NCBI GenBank assembly: GCA_028287505.1
Contig: JAQBPN010000060.1
Coordinates: 1 to 32,000, forward strand
Source of the DNA: Fibrobacterota bacterium
GTDB lineage: Bacteria > Fibrobacterota > Fibrobacteria > UBA11236
Direction of reading: 5' to 3'
Length of the DNA: 32,000 bases
In this document: positions 1 to 8,700 of the stretch, piece after piece
How positions within the stretch are numbered: position 1 is the stretch's first letter
How the letters are laid out: each line of letters begins with the position of its first letter
Notes under the pieces: model-generated
What the model was told of the DNA's origin: nothing
Seen by the model: the letters and a program-made list of their open reading frames with translations, nothing else
Databases searched by the model: none
Position numbers and translations under genes: made by a program

Positions 1-2
1 CC

Positions 3-245
3 TCGATCAAACCCAAGGAAGGCGGCGCGAATTTCAACGATATGTTCACCGGCTTCCTCAAGGACGTCAACGAGATGCAGTTGAAGGCGGATCAATCCAT
101 CCAGAAGATGGTATCCGGCGAAGTCAAAGACGTGCACCAGGTGATGCTGGCCGTCGGCGAAGCCAAGGTGGCCTTCAACCTGCTCCTGGAAATACGCAAC
201 AAGACGATGGAAGCGTACCAGGAAGTGATGAGGATGAGAGGGTGA
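3..245 (+). CDS. fliE: Flagellar hook-basal body complex protein FliE (5' end cut by window edge)
   Basis: The frame stays open from nt 3, upstream of the listed Met-42 (SIKPKEGGANFND-MFTGFLKDV...), so the gene enters from outside the window. The C-terminal sequence (LKDVNEMQ...SGEVKDVHQVMLAVGEAKVAFNLLLEIRNKTMEAYQEVMRM) matches the conserved FliE helix pattern. It lies directly upstream of fliF. Confidence 0.85.
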   Translation, partial: SIKPKEGGANFNDMFTGFLKDVNEMQLKADQSIQKMVSGEVKDVHQVMLAVGEAKVAFNLLLEIRNKTMEAYQEVMRMRG

Positions 246-292
246 AAACGAACGAAGAAAAAAACAAAGAAATCGCGGCGCTCTTTCCCGCA

Positions 293-327
293 ATTTTCGA
301 TTTGCGATTTTCAATTTTCTGTTTGCA
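293..327. repeat. Five tandem imperfect heptamers (attttcg atttgcg attttca attttct gtttgca) in the AT-rich fliE-fliF spacer
   Basis: Read directly from the sequence. The 7-nt register is kept over 35 nt, and the last unit runs into the palindrome TTTGCAAA (322-329). Confidence 0.8.
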
Positions 328-426
328 AAATTCCTTGTACTCCCTCCTATATCGTTCATCGTCACCATCCCTGAAGTCCTTTAATTCTTTTTCATAGCAT
401 CGCTCTTTCTACGCATGAGGTCCTGA

Positions 427-2013
427 ATGTCCGAATATCTGAAGCAACTCATCATCCAGCTCCGCACCATCTGGGACAAGCTGAACGCCACCCAGAAGGC
501 CATCATGATCGCCACTTCGGCGGTGGTGCTGGCCGGCATGATCACCATCATCGCCTGGTCCGCCACGGGTGGGAGCGGCGGCGGAAGCGATTCGGGATAT
601 TCCACCCTGTTCGTGAACGTGGAACCGGAGGATGCCGCCAAGGTGACGGACGCCTTGAAGGAAATGAAGGTACCTTACAAACTGGAGAATAACGGCCATC
701 AGGTGACGGTTCCCAAGGAGCAGTTGTACGAGGCTCGCATGCAGATGGCGCGCCTGGGGCTGCCGCAGACGGGCGGGCAGGGCTATGAGATCTTCGACAA
801 GCTGCATCTGGGCATGACCGATTTCGTGCAGAACCTGAATTACCGCCGGGCCCTGGAAGGGGAGCTTTCCCGCACCATCGAGAGCCTGCACGAGGTGGAC
901 AAGGCCCGCGTGCACGTGACCATTCCCAAGCCCTCCCTGTTCACCGAAAAGAAGGAAGAGGCCACCGCCTCCGTCATCCTCAAGTTGCGGGCCGGCGAAG
1001 AAATCGATGATCGCCAGGTGCGCGGCATCGCCCATCTGGTGGCCAGCTCCGTGGAAGGCCTGAAGGCCCGCCAGGTCACCGTCCTGGACATCCATGGAAA
1101 CATGCTCACCAAGGGATTCGCCGACAACCAGCTGGCCGAACAGACCGATCACAACCAGTCCCTGCAGAACAGCGTGGAACATGAGCTGGAAAGGAAGCTG
1201 GACGATATCTTCCAGGGCCTGCTGGGTCCGAACAAGACCCGCGTCAAGGTTTCCGCCGAGCTCGATTTCGACCAGGTGCAGAAGACGGTGGAATCCTACG
1301 ATCCCAATACCAAGGTGATCCGCTCGCAACAGCGGGACGAGAACTCCCTCAAGGGCACGCCGCAGGCGGGCTCCACGGAACAAAAGGAAGGTTCCATCAC
1401 CAACTACGAGTTCGACAAGACCATGGCTTCCATCGTGAGCACGCCCGGGGCCCGCAAGCGCATCACCGTTTCCGTGGCCGTGGACGGGACCTACAAGATC
1501 GGGACCGACGGATCGCGCACCTACGTGCCGCGGACCCAGGAGGATTTGGACAAGTTCACCGCTCTGGTCAAGAACGCGGTGGGTTTCAAACCCGGAAGCA
1601 AGGACGAGGTCTTCGTCACCAACGTGCAGTTCGACAACCAGTTCCTGGTGGAAGAACAGGAAGAGATGAAGAAGCTCGAGAAGAAGGAATGGATGGAAGT
1701 GGGCAAGAAATACGGCATCCTGGTGCTCATCCTCCTCTTCGGCCTGTGGTTCTTCCGGGGCCTGGTGAAGAACCTGGCTTCGGCCATGAACCCGCCCATG
1801 CCCAAGTACGCAGGCCTGAACCTGGAACCTGAGGACGAAAAGGTCCCTCAAAATGTCCAAAAACAGAGGGATATTCTGGAGAGAGTTGAGTTCATGACCC
1901 GCACGGAGCCCATCAATATCGCCAACCTGATCAAAACGTGGCTCCACGAGGAGAAAATACGGGACAATAGCAGTGGCGGCGGCAAGAAGAAACAGCCCGC
2001 GGGCAAGGATTAA
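427..2013 (+). CDS. fliF: Flagellar M-ring (MS-ring) protein FliF
   Basis: 528 aa. N-terminal TM (AIMIATSAVVLAGMITIIAW), YscJ/FliF-type ring-building motifs (YSTLFVNVEPEDAAKVTDALKEMKVPYKLE, ARMQMARLGLPQ, LEGELSRTIESL) and a second TM near the C-terminus (ILVLILLFGLWFF). GAGG lies 6 nt upstream of the ATG. Position between fliE and fliG. Confidence 0.95.
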   Translation: MSEYLKQLIIQLRTIWDKLNATQKAIMIATSAVVLAGMITIIAWSATGGSGGGSDSGYSTLFVNVEPEDAAKVTDALKEMKVPYKLENNGHQVTVPKEQLYEARMQMARLGLPQTGGQGYEIFDKLHLGMTDFVQNLNYRRALEGELSRTIESLHEVDKARVHVTIPKPSLFTEKKEEATASVILKLRAGEEIDDRQVRGIAHLVASSVEGLKARQVTVLDIHGNMLTKGFADNQLAEQTDHNQSLQNSVEHELERKLDDIFQGLLGPNKTRVKVSAELDFDQVQKTVESYDPNTKVIRSQQRDENSLKGTPQAGSTEQKEGSITNYEFDKTMASIVSTPGARKRITVSVAVDGTYKIGTDGSRTYVPRTQEDLDKFTALVKNAVGFKPGSKDEVFVTNVQFDNQFLVEEQEEMKKLEKKEWMEVGKKYGILVLILLFGLWFFRGLVKNLASAMNPPMPKYAGLNLEPEDEKVPQNVQKQRDILERVEFMTRTEPINIANLIKTWLHEEKIRDNSSGGGKKKQPAGKD

Positions 2014-2018
2014 CGGAC

Positions 2019-3077
2019 ATGGCGGACGCGAAGACGGAAACCGGCGGCAAGAACGAATCGCTCCCCGTATCCACGCTCACCATCGGAGGGCCGACCAAGG
2101 CCGCGGTGATGATGGTGACCTTGGGAGCGGAGGCGTGCGCCCAGATTTTCAAGAGCCTGGACGAGGAAGACGTGGAAATCCTCACCGCGGAAATCGCGCG
2201 TCTGGAAGGCATCACGCCGGAAACGCGGGAACGCGTGCTGGAAGAGTTCCACCAGATGGCGGTGGCCCAGAAATACATCCTCCAGGGCGGCGTGGACTAC
2301 GCGCGGCAGGCGCTGGAAGCGGCCATGGGACCGCGGCGCGCCAAGGAAATCCTGGAAAAGGTCCAAAGCACCATCCGCACCACGGGCTTCAGCCTGTTGC
2401 AGGACGTGGATCCCTCCCAGCTCGTGAACTTCATCCAGAAAGAACATCCCCAGACCATCGCGCTGTTGCTCGCCCATATGGACGCTTCCATGTCGGCTCC
2501 CATCCTGTCGGCGCTGCCGCAGGAATTGCAGGTGGACGTCACCACGCGGCTCGCCACCATGCAGAGCGTTTCGCCCGACGTGCTGGAGCAGGTCGAGGAA
2601 GTGCTGGCCCTGCAGATGAAGAGCCTGTTCGGCGGCAACGTCTCGGAAGTGGGCGGCGTCAAGTTCGTGGCGGAAATGCTCAACCAGGTCGATCGCGGCG
2701 CGGAAAAGAACATCCTGGGCAATCTGGAACGGGAAAACCCGGAACTGGCCACGGAGATCAAGAACCTCATGTTCGTCTTCGAGGACATCATGCTGCTGGA
2801 CGACAAGGGCATCCAACGCATGCTCAAGGAAGTGGATACCAAGGAACTGGCCCTGGCCCTGAAGGGCGCCAGCGATACCGTGGGGGACAAGTTCTTCAAG
2901 AACATGTCCAGCCGCGCCTCCGAGATGATGAAGGAAGACATGTCCTTCATGGGCCCGGTGCGCGTCAAGGACGTGGAAGGCGCCCAGCAGCGCATCGTGG
3001 ATATCGTGCGCCGCCTGGAAGACGACGGGGAGATCATCATCTCCGGCCGCGGCGGCGACGACGAAATAGTGGTTTAG
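2019..3077 (+). CDS. fliG: Flagellar motor switch/rotor protein FliG
   Basis: 352 aa. Motifs KAAVMMVTLGAEACAQIFKSLDEEDVEILTAEIARL, EHPQTIALLLAHM, NLMFVFEDI and GIQRMLKEVDTKELALALKGAS are typical of FliG N, middle and C domains. AAGGA SD; 5-nt gap after fliF. Confidence 0.95.
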   Translation: MADAKTETGGKNESLPVSTLTIGGPTKAAVMMVTLGAEACAQIFKSLDEEDVEILTAEIARLEGITPETRERVLEEFHQMAVAQKYILQGGVDYARQALEAAMGPRRAKEILEKVQSTIRTTGFSLLQDVDPSQLVNFIQKEHPQTIALLLAHMDASMSAPILSALPQELQVDVTTRLATMQSVSPDVLEQVEEVLALQMKSLFGGNVSEVGGVKFVAEMLNQVDRGAEKNILGNLERENPELATEIKNLMFVFEDIMLLDDKGIQRMLKEVDTKELALALKGASDTVGDKFFKNMSSRASEMMKEDMSFMGPVRVKDVEGAQQRIVDIVRRLEDDGEIIISGRGGDDEIVV

Positions 3078-3098
3078 CACAGTTAAGGAACGGTCCCG

Positions 3099-3998
3099 AT
3101 GGAAGCCAGATTCGGAATGAAGGCCGGCGGATTGCTCGGCAGGGACAAGAAGGATATTCCTCCCGACGGTCCCGCGCGTGTCGTGAAGCCAGGCGATTGG
3201 GGCGCAGTCCCGGACTCCGGCATGAAGGGCTTTCCCATGACGGCCTTCAACATGCCGGGCCGCGCGCAGCCAAAGCCCACCGAATCGGAAATGGTGATCA
3301 CGGAACTCACCCGGGTCGCCCGCAAGGCCGAAGAGGCAGGCAAGAACTCCGTGCAGAAGGCGGTGCGCGACGGCGAAGCGGCCGCGCAGGCGGCTTTGGC
3401 GCGGGGCAGGGAAGAAGGCATCCGGGAAGGTGAAAGCCGCGCCTGGGAAAAATATCTCAAGGCCCTGGAGGAAATGCGGGCCAACGCCGCCATGGCGCTC
3501 AACGCGCTTTCCGAGGAAAAAGCCTCCCTTTTCCTGGAGTTCGAAGGCCAGGTCCTGGAACTGTTTTCCGCCACCGTCCACAGAGTGTTCGACGGAGTGG
3601 CCAAGGAACATGCCGAGGCCGTGCTGCCCCTGCTCAAGAAGGCCGTGAACGCCTTGGGCCAGGTCACCACCGTGACCCTGAAAGTGAATCCCGCCGACTT
3701 CCGCACCGTGCAGGACAACCAGGATTTCTGGTTGCCCGTGGACGCGGGCATGAAGGACATCCGCGTGGTATCCGACGAGCGCATCGTCAAGGGCGGTTGT
3801 TTCGTGGAATCGGATTCCACCTCCGTGGGAATGCAGGCCGACGAATTGGCCGACCGCATCGACGACGAATTGAAACGGATTTTCGCCGCCAAGGCGCAAG
3901 CCATCAAAGGCCCCGAATCCTCCCCTTCCGCCGAAAACGGCCCGGCGGCCGGGAGCGATCCCGCCTCCGGGACGGATGACGGAGACGCCGCTCCTTGA
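3099..3998 (+). CDS. fliH: Flagellar export ATPase regulator/stator FliH
   Basis: 299 aa. Central Ala/Glu/Arg-rich coiled-coil region and a C-terminal FliH-like block (VTLKVNPADFRTVQDN...VVSDERIVKGGCFVESDSTSVGMQADELADRI). Located between fliG and fliI; AAGGA SD. The exact start is not certain. Confidence 0.8.
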   Translation: MEARFGMKAGGLLGRDKKDIPPDGPARVVKPGDWGAVPDSGMKGFPMTAFNMPGRAQPKPTESEMVITELTRVARKAEEAGKNSVQKAVRDGEAAAQAALARGREEGIREGESRAWEKYLKALEEMRANAAMALNALSEEKASLFLEFEGQVLELFSATVHRVFDGVAKEHAEAVLPLLKKAVNALGQVTTVTLKVNPADFRTVQDNQDFWLPVDAGMKDIRVVSDERIVKGGCFVESDSTSVGMQADELADRIDDELKRIFAAKAQAIKGPESSPSAENGPAAGSDPASGTDDGDAAP

Positions 3999-5317
3999 TC
4001 GAAGATTCCGCGTTCGCTCCCTACGGACAGGCCCTGGACGCGATGTGCCTGGCGCCCATCCGCGCCAAGATCGTCCAGGTGATAGGCCTGGTCCTGGAAA
4101 GCACCGGTCTCTCCGCCAGTCTGGGGGAGATATGCGCCGTATACGACGGTTTGAAGCAGGTGGGCCAGGCCGAAGTGGTGGGCTTCCGCCGCAAGACCAC
4201 CCTCCTGATGGCGCTGGGACAATTGCACGGCCTGAAGCCCGGCATGGAAGTGATGGCCACCGGCCAGGTTTTCTCCGTGCGCGTGGGACCGCAATTGCTC
4301 GGCCGCGTTCTGAACGGGCTGGGCGAGCCCATCGACGGCAAAGGACCCATGCTCCTGCCCTTGCAGGGACGCGTCAACAACGACCCTCCCAATCCCCTGG
4401 ATCGCCGGCGCATTTCGGAACCGATGATTACCGGCATCCGCGCCATCGACGGTTTCCGCACCGTAGGCAAAGGCCAGCGGGTGGGATTGTTCGCGGGATC
4501 CGGGGTGGGGAAGTCCGTGCTGCTGGGCATGATCGCCCGCAATTGCAAGGCCCAGGTGAACGTGATCGCCTTGATCGGCGAACGCGGCCGCGAGGTGAAA
4601 GAGTTCCTGGAAAAGGATTTGGGCGCGGAGGGCCTGTCCCGCTCCGTGGTGGTGGTGGCCACTTCCGATCAACCCGCTTTGATCCGCCTGAAAGCGGCCA
4701 TGGTGGCCACCGCCATCGCCGAGTATTTCCGCGATCTGGGCAGCGACGTGATGCTGATGATGGATTCCTCCACGCGCCTGGCCATGGCCCAGCGTGAAAT
4801 AGGCCTGGCCATCGGAGAACCTCCCTCCACGCGAGGCTATACGCCCTCCGTGTTCGCGATGCTGCCGCGCCTGATGGAACGGGCGGGCATGGGCAAGACC
4901 GGCTCCATCACCGCCCTGTACACCGTGCTGGTGGAAGGCGACGACATGGACGAACCCGTGGCGGACGCGGTCCGATCCGTGCTCGACGGCCACATCGTCC
5001 TTTCGCGCTCCCTGGCGCACCGCAACCACTATCCCGCCATCGACGTGCTCAGGAGCGTCAGCCGTTGCATGTCGGACGTGACTTCCAAGGAACACCGCGC
5101 GGCCACGGGCAAGCTCCTCAACGCCATGGCGGTCTACGCCGACGCCGAAGACATGGTGAACCTGGGGGCCTATGTGCGCGGATCCAATCCGCAATTGGAC
5201 ATGGCCATCGCCATCCATGCGGAGGTGGACAGGTTCCTCATCCAAGGAGTAGAGGACAAGAGCGAACTCAAGACCACCCTCGATAAGGTGGCGGCCATGG
5301 CCGGAGCCATCAAGTGA
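3995..5317 (+). CDS. fliI: Flagellum-specific type III export ATPase FliI
   Basis: 440 aa. Walker A GSGVGKS, Walker B VMLMMDSSTR, F1/T3SS-ATPase pattern (ERGREVKEF, PPSTRGYTPSVF). The TTG start is embedded in the fliH stop (TTGA overlap). Confidence 0.95.
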   Translation: MIEDSAFAPYGQALDAMCLAPIRAKIVQVIGLVLESTGLSASLGEICAVYDGLKQVGQAEVVGFRRKTTLLMALGQLHGLKPGMEVMATGQVFSVRVGPQLLGRVLNGLGEPIDGKGPMLLPLQGRVNNDPPNPLDRRRISEPMITGIRAIDGFRTVGKGQRVGLFAGSGVGKSVLLGMIARNCKAQVNVIALIGERGREVKEFLEKDLGAEGLSRSVVVVATSDQPALIRLKAAMVATAIAEYFRDLGSDVMLMMDSSTRLAMAQREIGLAIGEPPSTRGYTPSVFAMLPRLMERAGMGKTGSITALYTVLVEGDDMDEPVADAVRSVLDGHIVLSRSLAHRNHYPAIDVLRSVSRCMSDVTSKEHRAATGKLLNAMAVYADAEDMVNLGAYVRGSNPQLDMAIAIHAEVDRFLIQGVEDKSELKTTLDKVAAMAGAIK

Positions 5318-5793
5318 GAAAGTTCACATTCGATCTGGAGCAGGTGCTGCGCATGAAGCGTTGGCGCGAAGAAGACGCCAAGAAAGCCCTGGCCGTGGAA
5401 GTCGCGGCCCTGGAACAGCTCAAGTCGCGCTTGCTGGAATTGCAGGGCGATCTGAAGGAGCTCTGGGATGGGGATGCGCAGGGCGACGGTCCGGTCATCG
5501 ATCATCGCGGCCGCCTGGGCATCCTGCAATACGCCCGGCACGTGGGCACCCTGATATCCGGCCAGGAAGGCGACATCTCCGAACAGGGGAAACGCCTCAA
5601 GGAGAAATCCGACCTGCTGCTCAAGGCCATGCAGGAGCGGAAGGTGCTGGAGAAGCTCAAGGAGAGGCGCAAGACCGAGTACCGGGTGGAGCGCAACCGC
5701 TTCGAATACGCGAACCTGGACGAGTCGTCCGCGCGCTATCTGCGCCGGCTGGCGGACCAGGAAAACAGTCTCAAGGAAGAGATTGGACAATGA
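5314..5793 (+). CDS. fliJ: Flagellar export chaperone/stalk protein FliJ
   Basis: 159-aa coiled-coil protein with a FliJ-like pattern (FxFxLEQVLRMKRWREEDAKKALA...RKVLEKLKERRKTEYRVERNRFEYANLDE). The GTG start is embedded in the fliI stop (GTGA). Canonical position after fliI. Confidence 0.75.
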   Translation: MRKFTFDLEQVLRMKRWREEDAKKALAVEVAALEQLKSRLLELQGDLKELWDGDAQGDGPVIDHRGRLGILQYARHVGTLISGQEGDISEQGKRLKEKSDLLLKAMQERKVLEKLKERRKTEYRVERNRFEYANLDESSARYLRRLADQENSLKEEIGQ

Positions 5794-8700
5794 GAACCCG
5801 ATTTTCATTTCCGATCCGCCGCGACCGGTGATGCGCTACGGAAAGCTGGCCGCGGTATTGCTCGTCGCGGGCGCCTGGCTCCCCGTGCGCGCCCTGGTCC
5901 ACAGCGTCAGCGATTTCCGGCAGGACAGTTCCGCCGCCGCCGGGGACAAGTTCCGCCTGGACGGGGGATGGGGCGATTCCCTCATGCTCGATGCCCAGTT
6001 CTTCCGCTACACCACGGCCAAAACCGTCCGCCTGAGCGACGGGCATTTCAACAATGGCGGTTCAGGCGCGGGCCCGATCGTTTCCAACATCGGCCTGTTC
6101 CGGTTCAAGGTGGCCTATGTCGCCTGGAACGGCACCACCCATGACGCCACCAATGGCCCCAACAACCTGGAAGCCCCCAGGGCCAACATCGTCACGCGCA
6201 CGATCGATCTCAGTCCGGATACCGCGGCTACGGACGATGCCGCCGTCATCATCGCCTCCCAGGAAAACGTCACGGAAATCCCTCCGAAAATCTTCTACCT
6301 GAGCGGTCCGCCGGCCCCCACTTATATGAATTTCGCCACCGACGGAAATCAGTTCGCGGCTTACTGGGGATCGGCGACCCCCAGCGGTCCCATCCGGCGG
6401 ACCACGAGCCGGGATCCGCAGATCGGCACCTATGTCATTCCGGCCTCCCCCGTGATCATGGGCGAGCTGGGAAGGATGTCTTCCTGCCTCATTCCCGGGT
6501 CCGGCGGGACCAAGACCATGGTCGCGTACGAAACCAATTTTTCTCCCGGGAAGTTCGAGGTGCGCTGGGAGGACATCACCGCGGGAACCTCCGTCGTTTC
6601 CGTGACATACGTCAGGCCGGTATTGCCGGCGGACTTCGCCGTGGCCGCGGATTCCTCCGGCAACTCGGTGGTGCTGTGGCGGGAGGATGCGGATCTTTAC
6701 GGCGTGGCCTTCAATGCGGCCCACGTGGAAATCATGGCGCCCATCCTCCTCCAGTCCAACGTGGTATTCCAGGAGGATTCCGTTCCTACCATCCAGCATT
6801 TTTACCGGCCTTATTCGGTGGCGGGAATGACGCGGGGAAATTTCCTGATAGCCTATTCAGCCGCGACCGGTGCGACCAGCGACATCTACTCCCGGACCCT
6901 GGCCCTGCCGATTGGGCCGCAGGCATATGCGCTCGGCGGCCAGGTGGCTTTGAGCCCCCCGGGCCCGTTTTTCTGCCTGTTCCCCGATCTGGCGGTCACG
7001 GCGGACCGCGTGACGGCGGCCTGGTACCAGCGTCCGAACGTGGGCGGCCTGCGCAAGATGATGGGAAGCATCTTCCAGAAGGTAGGGACCGGCCTCACCC
7101 TTGCGGGACGCACGGACATCGATATGGCCGGTGAAAACCTCGGCTTCTCGAGTACGGGCCCGAAATGGAACCGCTACCATTGGTTCCACGCCGCCAACGT
7201 GGCGATGGATGCCAAAGGAAACGTGGTGGCGGCCTACGACAGCGGAGCCCATGCCAAGGTGGCGCTGGTCCGCAACACTCCCATCTACTACGATTCGGCC
7301 TCTTTCCTGAGCAAGAGCCTGAAGGTGGAGAATCCGGCCATCCCGGCCTTCGTGTTCAATCCCGCGTCGGACTCGGTCACCTTCCTGCCGTTCCGCCCCA
7401 CCACCACCGACTCCCTGAATACCCACATCCGGATTGCCTTGTCGCCCGACAATACGTTCAGCGGCGCCGGTTCCGCGTACCATCCGCTTCCCGCGGCGCA
7501 GAAGGCCGCAAGCGGTTTCTACCGCTACGGCGTGGATCTGCTCACGGTCAAGACCGGCAATCCCTCCAATACCAACCTCACCACGCCCAAGCTCAAGGCC
7601 CTGGACATAGAGTACAACGTCAAGCCCTTCACTCCCGGAGTCGACTCCATCAAACCGGGCAGCCGGCCCCAATCCGCCTACAATCCCGCCGGTCCCTATC
7701 CTTTGTTGACACGTAAGGACTCCCTCAAACTGGTCTGTTCCGGATTCGACGCCGATGACGCCGGACTGGAGTTCCGGATCTCCCTGGGCGGCACCCTTCT
7801 CAAAGCCGTCGTGGGCACGCGGGTCTCTCCCGGCAACTACACGGCCACCCTCGATTTCCTCCCCCCCGACACCCTGATGAATCCTCTCATCCTGGCGTTG
7901 ACGACCGTCGATCAGGGAGCATGGAGCAGCCGGCCCTTGATCCTGTCCTTCGGATTCCGGAACAGCCCTCCCGCGCAAACCCTGACGGTGTACCGCAACC
8001 GGGGCTGGGATTCCGCATCGGTGTTCCGGCCCTTTGGAGGGGGCGTGGACACCATCTCGCCCGTGAACGGGGGATTGCTGGTGATCCAGGATGGGGACTC
8101 CCTGACCCTCAAGGCCCGGTATGCGGACAGCAACGACAACAGCGTGACCGCCACCTGGCTTCGCAACTCCGTTATCCTGGGAAGCCGTACCCTGCCCGTC
8201 ACGGATTCGGTGGCCTTCCGCTTTTCGCCGGACACCCTGGCGCCGGCCATCGATACCGCCGTGGCCAAGGTGGGGGACAAGGACACCACCGTAACATTCA
8301 GGATACCTGTGCGCCTGAACCATGTGCCCTCGGTCGACTCCGTCTACCATGCGGACTACAAGGGAAAGGATTCCATCCTGAAGGTGGGGCCGTTCGACAA
8401 GGTGAGGAATTTCGCCACGGATACCGGCCTGACCATCCCTCCCGGGCTGTTGACGACTATCGGGGGCGGGTTTTCCGACGTCGATCTGACCGCCGGGGAT
8501 TCCCTTTCCGTCATCTGGCGGGTCTGGAAGCAGCCGCCGCTCTGCGCCAAGGGGAACCTTTCCTGCTACATCAAAACGGATTCGGGGACGGGCCTCACAT
8601 TGTCCCGGGTATTCAGCATCCAGGAGCAATATCTGACCGTGCGGGTCACGGATGCCTTCGGCGCGTTCCGGGAGCGCGGACTTTTCCTGGAATACCCCGT

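Noticed and set aside
246-426. Search for sigma-54 (TGGCAC-N5-TTGC) or sigma-28 (TAAA-N15-GCCGATAA) flagellar promoters in the fliE-fliF spacer
   Set aside because: No acceptable match by eye. TTGCA at about 323-327 lacks an upstream GG at the required spacing, so no promoter feature is called.
409-1947. 512-aa minus-strand ORF antisense to fliF
   Set aside because: The opposite strand encodes an unmistakable FliF. The antisense product is low-complexity (L/G/H/V/Q/R-rich) with no motifs. It is a typical shadow ORF of GC3-biased coding DNA.
1973-5245. Long alternate-frame and antisense ORFs over fliG/fliH/fliI (1973-3433 +, 2010-3899 -, 3083-5245 -)
   Set aside because: The products are R/G/P/H-rich and featureless. 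The annotated frames carry the canonical FliG, FliH and FliI motifs.
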